Shown piece by piece: positions 9,083 through 18,247 of a stretch of 64,000 bases of DNA (position 1 is the first letter of the stretch; each line of letters opens with the position of its first letter). The notes beneath the pieces were generated by a model that worked only from the letters and a program-made list of their open reading frames with translations, did no database searches and was not told the origin of the DNA. Origin of the DNA: an uncultured Gemmatimonadales bacterium (lineage in GTDB: Bacteria; Gemmatimonadota; Gemmatimonadetes; Gemmatimonadales; GWC2-71-9); the NCBI GenBank assembly GCA_963825065.1, contig CAWGRU010000008.1, positions 65,705 through 129,704 of the forward strand, in the 5' to 3' direction. The position numbers were made by a program, and so were the translations under genes.

Positions 9083-11640
9083 TGCGCCCGCCCCGCGGAA
9101 AGCCTCGCCATGCGCGCCCCTGTGTCCTGGAAGCCGATATCCACGGCCAGCACCCGCTCGAAGGTCGTGATGGCCTGGTCCACCTTGCCCTGCGCCTCCT
9201 GGGACCGGCCCAGCCAGTAGATCACGCCGATCTGCTCGTCGTCTGTCGCGCCCAGGCTCTCTACCGCGCGCTTCAGGATGGCCTCGGCGATGGCGTACTG
9301 CTTCTTCTCGTAGAAGGCACTCCCCAGCGACTCCGTGGTCTTGAGCCGCACCTCGGGCGAGCGCAGCGCCTTCTGGAACTCGGCGATGGCCTCATCGAGC
9401 AGACCCATCTCCTTGAACGCCACACCCAGGTCGTAATGCGCCTGGAAGTCTTCCGCGTCGATATTCGCGTCGATGCCGCGCTTGAACTGCTGCAGCATCT
9501 CCTGGAAGTCCTTCTGCTCGTCTCCGCTCGGCTCCTCGTCTTCCACCCGCATCCGGGTGTCCTTCACCGCCTCGTCGTCCATGACCATGGCGCCGAAGTC
9601 GACGAAGTCGCCGGCCGGCTCGGGCTCGCGCGGCTTCGGCATCGGAACCGACTGCCGCGACTTGCGGCCGCCGGGCTTGGCGGGTGCGGGGGCCGGCGGA
9701 GCCACCTCCGCAATCGCGTCGAACGCGGCGTCCGCCTCGTCCGCCATCTGCGCGAGCCGGGCCTCGGAGTCCGGCGCAGCGGCCGGCGGCTGCGGCGGGG
9801 GAGGAATCGGCGGCAGCGTCTCCTCCACCGTGGAGAGCGCGTCGAGAGCCGCGAGCGCCCGGGCGTTGCCCGGGTCGTGCTCGGAGACCCGGCGATACAC
9901 CGCCAGGGCTTTGTCGAGCGCGCCGACCCGCAGCAGCGCGTCGGCCAGCTCGACGTAGGCCTCGATCAGCCGCGACCGTTCGCCGCTGCGGAACGCGATC
10001 TCCACCCGCTTCTGGTGGTACCGCACTCCGTTCGGATCGAGCCGGATCAGCTCGTGGATCAGGTCGCTCGCCCGCTGCCAGTCCTCCCGTCCCTCGAAAC
10101 CGGCCAGCGCGAGCTCGAGCTCCTCCTGGCCCCGCAACTGCTCCCCGGCGGCGAGCAGCGCCTCGCCGAGCGCGCGATGGGCCTCGGGATCGTCCGGATC
10201 GTCGAGCACCCGATCCTCGAGATCGGTGATCGACAGCTCCGCCGACCCGTCCACCTCCAGGTAGGTGACACTCTCGTCCTCGGCCGGCAGGTCGACGGAC
10301 GGCTCGCCGACCAACGGCATGAGGTCGGCGGATTCGACCAGCTCCAGCCCGAGACCCTCCATCGGTGCGGAGGACAGCGTCCCCAGTCCGGCAGCGTCAT
10401 CGTCGCCCAGGTCGGCGGGCGCCTCGAGGGGCTCCGGCACCAGGAAGCGGTCGGCCTCGATGGGCTGGATGTCCATGTCGGTCGCCTCGCTGGCCCGCTC
10501 GAGGTCGAGACCCTCCGTCGAGACGTGCAGCTCCACACCGTGGGCTGCCGGCTCGTCGAGTTCCAGCCCATCGAGGGGCGCCACGCCGGCGTCGTCCAGT
10601 CCTTCGACCAGCGTCGGTTCGAAGCCCAGCGCCTTGGTCACTTCCCCGGAGGCCGTGGCCTCGAGCTGCGCCTCGTCGGAAATCAGCTGCACCGACTCGA
10701 GCTCGAGCGGCGTGTCGACCAGGCTCGCCGTTTCGATTTCGAGCGGCGGCACCTCGGGTGCCGGGGTCGCGGCCGGCGGCGCGACTTCGATCAGCGGCAG
10801 GCCGGCCACCGGCTTGGCAACCTTGGCCTCGGCCGCTGGCGGGATCACGACGGCGCGAGTCTTCCGCGAGGCCGGACCGGTCGCGGGCCGCAGCGCCGGG
10901 CGCTCACCGGTCGCGCCGGTGTCGAGGAAGACCAGATCGCCGGACCGCCCCTTGTGGCCAGCCGGCTTGGGCGCGTCGGCCGGGACTTCGCCCTCGGCAT
11001 CAAGCGCCTGCAGACGCATGAGCGTCTTCCGGGCGCCGATGGTGTCGCCCCGCGCCTCCAGGTCGCTCGCCAGCTTTTCCAGCTGTTCCCGGGCCTCGGC
11101 GTTCCGGGAGGAAGCCCGAAGCAGTTCCGAGAGCATCAGCCGGATTTCCTTGTTGCCGGGGAACTGGTCGGCGAAGTCCTTGACCGACTTGAATGCCTCG
11201 TCGAGCTGATTGAGGGTATTCATCCGCTCGAGGTACTCGAGCAGGTTCTTCTTGGCTTCGATGACGACGTTCTTGCGGGCGTGGAGGTACGCCAGCTTCA
11301 GGTAGGTCTGGATCCGGCCGGGGTTCACCCGCAGGATCTTGCCACAGAGGGCGATGGCGTTGTTGTAGAAGCCCTGCTCGCCGTAGAGGTCCGCGGCGCG
11401 CTCGTATGCCTGCACCGCCGCGCCCGCTTCGTTCGCCTTCAGGTACAGATCGCCCACCCGGTTGTAGACCGAGAGATCCGGCACAGGATCATTGCCGGCC
11501 TCGAACTCCCGGATTGCCTGAAGATAGACCTCGATGGCCCGCCGCCACTCTTCCTTCTGCTCGTACTTCCGGGCGGTCTCTTTGAGCTTTTCGAAGTTCA
11601 TCCAGCGGGGCGGGTGAGAGGGTGAAGGCCCATGAAACAC
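9079..11640 (-). CDS. Large TPR-repeat protein with an acidic low-complexity centre (function unknown)
   Basis: 853-aa ORF with a helical/TPR N-domain, a central region of about 300 aa rich in E, D, P, A and L, and C-terminal TPR units ('HYDLGVAFKEMGLLDEAIAEFQKAL'). Start is uncertain: GTG 11640 or ATG 11601 ('MNFEKLKE'). Confidence 0.6.
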   Translation of the reverse strand: MFHGPSPSHPPRWMNFEKLKETARKYEQKEEWRRAIEVYLQAIREFEAGNDPVPDLSVYNRVGDLYLKANEAGAAVQAYERAADLYGEQGFYNNAIALCGKILRVNPGRIQTYLKLAYLHARKNVVIEAKKNLLEYLERMNTLNQLDEAFKSVKDFADQFPGNKEIRLMLSELLRASSRNAEAREQLEKLASDLEARGDTIGARKTLMRLQALDAEGEVPADAPKPAGHKGRSGDLVFLDTGATGERPALRPATGPASRKTRAVVIPPAAEAKVAKPVAGLPLIEVAPPAATPAPEVPPLEIETASLVDTPLELESVQLISDEAQLEATASGEVTKALGFEPTLVEGLDDAGVAPLDGLELDEPAAHGVELHVSTEGLDLERASEATDMDIQPIEADRFLVPEPLEAPADLGDDDAAGLGTLSSAPMEGLGLELVESADLMPLVGEPSVDLPAEDESVTYLEVDGSAELSITDLEDRVLDDPDDPEAHRALGEALLAAGEQLRGQEELELALAGFEGREDWQRASDLIHELIRLDPNGVRYHQKRVEIAFRSGERSRLIEAYVELADALLRVGALDKALAVYRRVSEHDPGNARALAALDALSTVEETLPPIPPPPQPPAAAPDSEARLAQMADEADAAFDAIAEVAPPAPAPAKPGGRKSRQSVPMPKPREPEPAGDFVDFGAMVMDDEAVKDTRMRVEDEEPSGDEQKDFQEMLQQFKRGIDANIDAEDFQAHYDLGVAFKEMGLLDEAIAEFQKALRSPEVRLKTTESLGSAFYEKKQYAIAEAILKRAVESLGATDDEQIGVIYWLGRSQEAQGKVDQAITTFERVLAVDIGFQDTGARMARLSAGRAQ

Positions 11641-11672
11641 AGCTACTTAGAAGATACCGGCCGCCCCCACCC

Positions 11673-13217
11673 CTAGCAAGCCAAACCGGGGGCGGGATCG
11701 AGTGCACCAGCGGCGACAAGCCGTGCCAGCCGGGCCAGATCGGGAGCCGGCGGGCGATCCTCGGCCAGCGCCGCAACACCGTCGCCCTGGGCGCGGACCC
11801 GCCGGTAGAGGATCTCGACCCCCTTTCCCGGCCGCAGGGGCCTCAGAAAGTCGAGCGCCTGTGCGCCGCAGAGGAACTCCGCCGCAAGGACCTTCTGGGC
11901 GTTCGCCAGGATCCGGCGGGCCTTGTAGGCCGCGGCCATCCCCATGGGAACGAAGTCTTCCTGGTTGGCATCGGTCGGGATCGAGCCGATGCTCGCGGGC
12001 ATGGCGATCGAGCGGGATTCCGCCACCAGGGACGCCGCCGTGATCTGGACCATCATGAACCCGCTGGACAGGCCGGGATCCCCCGTGAGGAACGCCGGCA
12101 GACCCTGGGACAGGTCCGGATTCACCAGTCGCTCCACCCGGCGCTCGGCAATGGCCTGCAGGGTGGTGAGCGCGACGGCGAGGAAGTCGAGCGCCTGGGC
12201 CACCGGCTGGCCATGGAAATTCCCGCCCGAAAGCACGTCGCCGTTGGGAAAGACCAGCGGATTGTCGGTCGAGGCGTTCAGCTCGATCGCCGCCACCTCG
12301 CGGGCAAAGCGCACCGCGTCGGCCACGGCGCCCAGCACCTGGGGCGTGCAGCGCAGGCTGTAGGCGTCCTGTACCCGCGGGTCGTTGTCGCGATGGGACT
12401 CCCGGATTTCGCTCTCCGCCAGCAGGGCGCGCATCAGCTCCGCGGTACGAACCTGGCCAGGATGGGGCCGGGCCTCGTGGATCCGGGGGTCGAGCGGCGT
12501 AGGCGTTCCCTTGAGCGCCTCGAGGCTCATCGCGGCCGCACCGACCGCGGTCCGCCAGAGCGACTCCGCATCGTGGACCAGCAGCGAGAGCAGGGCGGTC
12601 TGGGCCTGGGTGCCGTTGATGAAGCTGATCCCTTCCTTGGGGGCGAATCGGAACGGGGCGAGCCCGGCCCGCGCCAGCGCTTCACTCGCGGGCCGCGGCC
12701 CGGCTCCGTCCTCCCCGAGGACCTCTCCCTCGCCGATGAGCGTCATGGCGATGTGGCTGAGCGGCGCGAGATCCCCGCTCGCCCCTACGCTTCCCTGCTC
12801 CGGCACCAGGGGCACGATCGAGGCATTCAGCAGACCGACCAGCGCCTCCACCAGAGCCGGCCGCACGCCGCTGGTGGGCCGCAGCAGCACATTGGCTCGC
12901 AACAGCATCGCGGCGCGCACGATGTCCGCCGGCAGCGGCTCACCCACGCCGGCGGCGTGACTGCGGATCAGATTGACCTGCAGCTGGTCGAGCTGATCGG
13001 CGGCAATGCGGACGTTCGCCAGTTTCCCGAACCCGGTGTTGATGCCGTAGATCGTCTCGCCCCGGAGGATGGCCCGATCCACGAGGGCCCGGCTCTCGCC
13101 GAGCCCGGCGAGGGCCGAGGAGTCGAGTCGGATGTTCGCACGGGGAGACCGCGCCACCGCCACGACGTCGTGGATTGTGAGGGAGCCACCGGTCAGGACG
13201 AGCGAGAGGGTCGACAT
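11673..13217 (-). CDS. hutH: Histidine ammonia-lyase family enzyme (MIO-dependent)
   Basis: The MIO-forming motif 'GSVGASGDLAPLSH' is present and the length fits HAL. Start taken at 'MSTLSLVL' (13217); the ORF extends to 13265. Confidence 0.85.
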   Translation of the reverse strand: MSTLSLVLTGGSLTIHDVVAVARSPRANIRLDSSALAGLGESRALVDRAILRGETIYGINTGFGKLANVRIAADQLDQLQVNLIRSHAAGVGEPLPADIVRAAMLLRANVLLRPTSGVRPALVEALVGLLNASIVPLVPEQGSVGASGDLAPLSHIAMTLIGEGEVLGEDGAGPRPASEALARAGLAPFRFAPKEGISFINGTQAQTALLSLLVHDAESLWRTAVGAAAMSLEALKGTPTPLDPRIHEARPHPGQVRTAELMRALLAESEIRESHRDNDPRVQDAYSLRCTPQVLGAVADAVRFAREVAAIELNASTDNPLVFPNGDVLSGGNFHGQPVAQALDFLAVALTTLQAIAERRVERLVNPDLSQGLPAFLTGDPGLSSGFMMVQITAASLVAESRSIAMPASIGSIPTDANQEDFVPMGMAAAYKARRILANAQKVLAAEFLCGAQALDFLRPLRPGKGVEILYRRVRAQGDGVAALAEDRPPAPDLARLARLVAAGALDPAPGLAC

Positions 13218-13270
13218 GCCGGAAACGTAAGCAGGAATGCTCGGCACGCGCATCCCGCCCGCCAAATCAA

Positions 13271-13309
13271 CGAGGGATCCTGCCGGGTCGCTCCCGTCAG
13301 GATCCCTCG
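13271..13309 (-). terminator. Hairpin terminator downstream of the lipoprotein gene
   Basis: CGAGGGATCCTG and CAGGATCCCTCG form a perfect 12-bp stem with a 15-nt loop. It is followed on the minus strand by TTGATTTGG. Confidence 0.55.
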
Positions 13310-13333
13310 TCGAAACGCTCCCCTGCCGGAACC

Positions 13334-14461
13334 TCAGGGCGCGCGGAGGAGCTCCGGATTGCCGTGGTCGGTCTGGAACGACCAGTCCAGGATCAGGAAG
13401 TTCTGCCCCACGTGCGTCACCCGCACGGCCCCGTAGCGGGCGAAGCCGTCGCCACCATCAGTTTCGAATACGTAGCCATATCCCGGCAGCGCCTCGATGC
13501 CGCCGAGCCCGTAGGTGATGTTCGGGGCGTAGTCGATGCTGGTCAGATCGGCGACGGGGGCGTTCCCGTACAGTGCCACGCCGGTGCCGCTCCTGACCGG
13601 AGTAAGGAACAGCGCGCCGGTGTTGTCCCGCTCCACCGAGAAGTCATTGAGCGCCGAAGATCCGCTCTGCACCAGCCCGAGTTCTCCCGCGTCCGCGAGC
13701 CCGTTGCCGTTCACATCGCGCCAGAATCGGAACCCGCTACCCGCATCCTGGGCCTGACGGGCGTACACCACCACGTTTCGGGCGTCCGGGCGGGGAGTGT
13801 CGTTGCGCAGCGGCGACCAGAGACTCTCGAACCCCTCCTGGCTCACAGCGGAGACCGCGAAGCAACGGGGAACCCCGTTGGTGAGGGCGCCGGAGATGAA
13901 CTCGGGCGCGACGGTGCTCCCCTCCAGCGACCAGGTCGTGCCGCAGAGATTCTGGTCCAGGTCGTACGATGCGCTGTACACACGATAGATGCGGAACCGG
14001 GAAGGGTCCGACAGGTAGGCGTTGTCCGCCCAGGTCAGGGCAATGGCGGCGTTGAGGCTCGTGCTGGTCAGGGTCGCCGGTTTCTGGAGCGCCAGCCGCT
14101 CGTCCACCGTGACCACGTTGCTGCTGGCAGTTTCGTTGCCGTCGATATCCTGCGCCGTGACGTAGTACTGCAGGTGAGGGATCCCGGCGTCATGGAACGA
14201 ATTCGAGGTGGTCGTGCCGCGCAGCCGGTAGGATTCCGTCGTGCTCCCGCGGGAGTAGACGTTCCACGAAGCGAGGTCGGGGTCGTTGTCGAAGTCCCAG
14301 GTAAGGAGGACCCCGTCAGGCTGCCCCGGGGTTCCGCTCGGCTCGACGGTGTACCCGACGTTCGTCGGCGGGGCCACGAGGGCGCCGCCGCCCCCGCCGT
14401 ACGGGGTCTGACTGCAGGCGGCGAGCACGAGGATGGGCAGGGCCCACAAAGACTTACGCAT
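13334..14461 (-). CDS. Lipoprotein with two FN3-like beta-sandwich repeats (function unknown)
   Basis: Lipobox 'ILVLAAC' follows 'MRKSLWALP'. Two segments resemble fibronectin-III ('LLTWDFDNDPDLASWNVY', 'IALTWADNAY...FRIYRVY'). Confidence 0.6.
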   Translation of the reverse strand: MRKSLWALPILVLAACSQTPYGGGGGALVAPPTNVGYTVEPSGTPGQPDGVLLTWDFDNDPDLASWNVYSRGSTTESYRLRGTTTSNSFHDAGIPHLQYYVTAQDIDGNETASSNVVTVDERLALQKPATLTSTSLNAAIALTWADNAYLSDPSRFRIYRVYSASYDLDQNLCGTTWSLEGSTVAPEFISGALTNGVPRCFAVSAVSQEGFESLWSPLRNDTPRPDARNVVVYARQAQDAGSGFRFWRDVNGNGLADAGELGLVQSGSSALNDFSVERDNTGALFLTPVRSGTGVALYGNAPVADLTSIDYAPNITYGLGGIEALPGYGYVFETDGGDGFARYGAVRVTHVGQNFLILDWSFQTDHGNPELLRAP

Positions 14462-14636
14462 GAACGGCTCCGGAGAGGGAACGCACACGCGGAGAGCATG
14501 CCTGATGCCAGCACGACTCCCGCATGCAAATCCTTGTCAGTTCATAAGTTGAAGATTTGACCCCCGAGGCCGTGTCTCCTGATGCGGGGACAGAAGGGGC
14601 CCGAGTGTCCTGTGGAGGAAACGCCGACGGCGGGGA

Positions 14637-17600
14637 TCAGCGATCGAGCGAGGTCTGGTTGTAGTCGAACTTGATGTCCGGGAGATCGGACAGATACACC
14701 GAGAAGACGAAGGCGAAGTTGCCGTTGGGGTTCCGCAGGAAGGCGAACCGCGCCCGCCACTCGTGCAGCACCCGCTCCAGCGTGACATCCTGAGACTCGA
14801 ACTTGTTATCGGTGATGTTGTACTGGGTGGTCCATGAGATATTCCAGAAGGCGGTCGGTGCGAATCCGGTGCGGAGCCCGAGGCTCTGGGTGGTCGGGGG
14901 GGTAAGGCTGTTGGCCGGCGGATGCCGGAGCGGCCGCGTCCGCGACAGACTGTAGTTGAAGCTCGCGGTGAACCGGTGGTTCGTACCCACCCCGAGCGAC
15001 TGGTCCGTGCCGATACCGTTGAATCCCGGCGGGCCGGGTGGGCGGCCCCTTCCGAGGCCATAGGCAGGCACCGGCGGCTCCTTGGCGCTGGCCGAGTCCG
15101 GGCTCCGTCGCAGTCCCAGAATGCGAAGCAGGGACTTCACCGTCCCGCCGGAGATGGCGAAACTCGCGGTCACCCCCTGAAGGAACGGCGAGAAGCGGGA
15201 GCTGTCGGCCCCGACATCGCCATCCCAGAGGTCGTGCGTCAGGCTGAGACTGAAATTGGGGAGCAGATCGCTCTGGAACTGGTTGTTCATGGTCTTCGTG
15301 CGCCACCCGGTCTTGCCCGGCTGCTTGGCCTGCTCGAAATCGTACTGCACCGCCGATGTCTGGATGCCCAGGATCCGGAATCGACGGGCGTTGTCGATAC
15401 CGGATGCCCCCCCGGTGCTGTCGGCGCTGGAATCGGCGGTGGAGCGCCGGACCGACTTCCCCTCGATGTTCTGCGACAGCCCCACGCTGAGCAACTGGGT
15501 CGGATCGCTGCGCAGCCTGAGGGTCTCCCCCGGACGGGCCACGGCTCGGGCGTAGTCCCGATCGATTGCCGCCGCCGGGCTGTAGCTCCAGGACACCGAG
15601 GGGGAGATGCTGTGCCGGATGCGTTGGATCGACCCGAACCCCGGGAAGAAGCCGAAGAAGGTCGGCGAGATCTGCAGTGCGAAATTGAAGCGCTTCCCCT
15701 GGCGAACCCACTGCCCATTGGTGTTCCGGTTGCGCACCAGGAAGGCGCCGGAAGTGGAATTCACGATGCCGACCGACGGTTGCAGCTTCCAGCTGTTCCG
15801 GAAGGCGGTGGGCAAATTGATCCCCGTCTGCCAGTCGATGTCGCTCTCGAAATCACCGTTGGTGAACTGACTGACGGTGATCGAGTCGGTCGGATCGGGG
15901 GTGAAGGTGTCAGGCACCTTGATGCCACCGATGACCTGCGGCCCGGTGTTCTTCCGGTCGCTGTAATTGAACGAGTTCGCCCAGTTGAACCCGCCGAATC
16001 GGATCGGAGTCTGGAACGCGACGGTCGTGGTCCGGCTGTCGCGCGTCGTCCCGAGGGTATCGAGCGCCCCACCCGGCAGCGCCACGATCGGCGCCGGAAT
16101 GACCGGAAAGTTGTTCTCGAAGCTGTTGGTGACCGAGAGCCCCGGGGACCAGGTCACCTCCCGCGCGATGTCGATCGGCTTGGGCGAGATCGTGAATGAG
16201 GGGAGCTGCATCGAGACGCTCTTGTCGGACAGATTCTGCCGCCGGTTGCCGCCCAGGGTCACCGACCCCCAGCCGAATCGCTTGGTGAAGTTCGCCGCGC
16301 TGGTGATCTGCTGGGTGGACAGCGGCACGTCGATGGCGTTCCGGCGCTGCACGAAGCCGCTGCTGGTGTAGTTGACGCTGAGATTGAGCGAGGTCGAGAG
16401 GTCGAAACTCTGCTGGTGATTCCACCGCAGGGCCGTGGCGCGGGCCCCGTCGCTGTTGACCGTGCGGCTGTAGCCGATGCCGCCGCGGAGGAAGCGATTG
16501 AGCACGTAGTAGTTCATGTCCGCCCCATACTGCAGGAACCGGTTCGCGTACCAGTCCATCTTGGCGGTAATGTCGAGGTATTCGTTCGGCGCCCAGTAGT
16601 AGCCGATGTTGGTGACCTGTCGGTTGTAGCCGGGGTTCTGCCGCACAATGTCGTTGAGCCCAAACCTGGGGATCAGGATGCCGGAGCGACGACCGGTCCG
16701 CGCGTCCTGGAACACGAAGGGCAGCCATAGCACCGGCACGTCCCGGATATAGAGCACGGCGGGCCGCGCCACCATGACCGTCTTGGAGATCCACTTCACT
16801 TCCTTGGCGGAGAAGTGATAATGTGGCTCCGGCAGGTCGCAGCTGGTGATCTCCCCCTCGGAGGCGTACAGCCTCGCCGCGCTCGAATCCTGGGCGAGGT
16901 TGCCGCGGAGGAACCAGTCGGTCCCCCCCTGCTTGAAACTGGTGAGCGCGTCGGACACGACGCCGCGCCGAATGCAGGTGTTGTAGCGAATCCCCCCGAA
17001 CCCGGTGAGCACCGTTTCCTTGTCGAAGAGGGCGGGATCGCCGGTCGCCCGGATCAGGCAGTCGGACTCCTGATAGGCGATCGAGTCCGCCTCGAGGGTC
17101 GTCTCCCCCCGCTTGGTACTGGCCTCGCCGCGCAGGTGGAGCCGGCGCTCGTCGGCAAAGACGGTGGCGGAGTCGGAACGGAACCGGGTGGCCTGATACC
17201 CCTTCCGCCCGAGCAGGTCGGTGACAACGGAATCGTCCGGCGCAAAGCTGCGGCGCGGTTCCGTCGGCAGACCGAGGCGCCGGGCGGTCGCGGTGTCGAC
17301 CGCCTGTCCCGGACGCGGCCTGGTGGAATCCGCTCCGGTCGAGTCGGTCCGGGTGGTGTCACCGGCCGCGCGGGGCACCGGGCGGGTGGGCACCGGGCGC
17401 CGCTTGGGAGGGACGGGCTCCTGCGCGCTCAGCCGGCCCGGCGAGGCGAGGGCCAGCCAGCAGAGCGCTGCCGTCGCGGCCGCCCGCGCGACCCGCCGGC
17501 GATGAATGATCCACGAGCCGAGAAAGCCGATCTCGTAGAGCAGCAGGATCGGCACCGTCATCAGGATCATCGAAAGGATATCGGTGCCCGGCGACAGGAT

Positions 17601-18227
17601 GGCACCTGCGACCGCCGAGAGCACGATCGCGAACCGCCTGAACCGGTTGAGGCTGGCCGGATTGGTGACCCCCAGCGCGGTCAGCAGCATGATCACGAGG
17701 GGAATCTCGAACGAGAGGCCCATGGCGAGCACCAGCTGCACGACGAAGCTGAAGTACTCCTGAAAGGTGATGAGGTTCTCGAGACCGGCGGACTGGAAGC
17801 TGAACAGGATCGGCAGCGACTGCGGCAGCAGGACCTCAAAGCCGAACGCCGAGCCGGCGAGAAACATGACGGTCCCGGCGAGGAGCGCCGGGACCACGAG
17901 CCGCTTCTCGCGGGCGTAGAGCGCCGGCGAGAGAAACCCCCAGATCTGATAGATGATGTAGGGAGAGACCAGGACCAGCCCGGCGATGAGCGCCAGCTTG
18001 AGCGTGATCATCACCGCCTCGGTCGGGCTCGTGACCACGAGCTTCCCCGCCGTGACGGTGAGATAGGGGGCGATCGGGGCCTTGAGCAGCTCGACGACCT
18101 GGAACCGCTGGACCGCCCAGTATCCCACCAGAAAGCCGACGACCAGCGCGAGCAGCGTGCGCACCAGCCGCTGACGCAGCTCCTCGAGGTGCTCGAGGAA
18201 GGGCATTTCCGCGCTGGGGCCGGTCAT
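14637..18227 (-). CDS. Single ORF fusing TatC (aa 1 to about 245) to an LptD/OstA-like outer-membrane protein (aa about 270-1195)
   Basis: The N-terminal part is a six-TM TatC ('MPFLEHLEELRQRL', 'SPYIIYQIWGFLSPALY', 'SPGTDILSMILMTVPILLLYE'). It is followed in frame by 'HRRRVARAAATAALCWLALASPGRLSAQE', then a Pro/Arg/Thr linker. The rest is OstA/LptD-like ('YIRDVPVLWLPFVFQDARTGRRSGILIPRFG', 'NIGYYWAPNEYLDITAKMDWY'). Confidence 0.75.
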   Translation of the reverse strand: MTGPSAEMPFLEHLEELRQRLVRTLLALVVGFLVGYWAVQRFQVVELLKAPIAPYLTVTAGKLVVTSPTEAVMITLKLALIAGLVLVSPYIIYQIWGFLSPALYAREKRLVVPALLAGTVMFLAGSAFGFEVLLPQSLPILFSFQSAGLENLITFQEYFSFVVQLVLAMGLSFEIPLVIMLLTALGVTNPASLNRFRRFAIVLSAVAGAILSPGTDILSMILMTVPILLLYEIGFLGSWIIHRRRVARAAATAALCWLALASPGRLSAQEPVPPKRRPVPTRPVPRAAGDTTRTDSTGADSTRPRPGQAVDTATARRLGLPTEPRRSFAPDDSVVTDLLGRKGYQATRFRSDSATVFADERRLHLRGEASTKRGETTLEADSIAYQESDCLIRATGDPALFDKETVLTGFGGIRYNTCIRRGVVSDALTSFKQGGTDWFLRGNLAQDSSAARLYASEGEITSCDLPEPHYHFSAKEVKWISKTVMVARPAVLYIRDVPVLWLPFVFQDARTGRRSGILIPRFGLNDIVRQNPGYNRQVTNIGYYWAPNEYLDITAKMDWYANRFLQYGADMNYYVLNRFLRGGIGYSRTVNSDGARATALRWNHQQSFDLSTSLNLSVNYTSSGFVQRRNAIDVPLSTQQITSAANFTKRFGWGSVTLGGNRRQNLSDKSVSMQLPSFTISPKPIDIAREVTWSPGLSVTNSFENNFPVIPAPIVALPGGALDTLGTTRDSRTTTVAFQTPIRFGGFNWANSFNYSDRKNTGPQVIGGIKVPDTFTPDPTDSITVSQFTNGDFESDIDWQTGINLPTAFRNSWKLQPSVGIVNSTSGAFLVRNRNTNGQWVRQGKRFNFALQISPTFFGFFPGFGSIQRIRHSISPSVSWSYSPAAAIDRDYARAVARPGETLRLRSDPTQLLSVGLSQNIEGKSVRRSTADSSADSTGGASGIDNARRFRILGIQTSAVQYDFEQAKQPGKTGWRTKTMNNQFQSDLLPNFSLSLTHDLWDGDVGADSSRFSPFLQGVTASFAISGGTVKSLLRILGLRRSPDSASAKEPPVPAYGLGRGRPPGPPGFNGIGTDQSLGVGTNHRFTASFNYSLSRTRPLRHPPANSLTPPTTQSLGLRTGFAPTAFWNISWTTQYNITDNKFESQDVTLERVLHEWRARFAFLRNPNGNFAFVFSVYLSDLPDIKFDYNQTSLDR

Positions 18228-18247
18228 CGGAACTTCCTCGGCCCGGT

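Noticed and set aside
9436-11625. 729-aa ORF antisense to the large TPR gene.
   Set aside because: Same reasoning. Its composition (R, G, L, V, E, H repeats) is the mirror image of the acidic and Ala-rich sense protein, and there is no recognisable domain.
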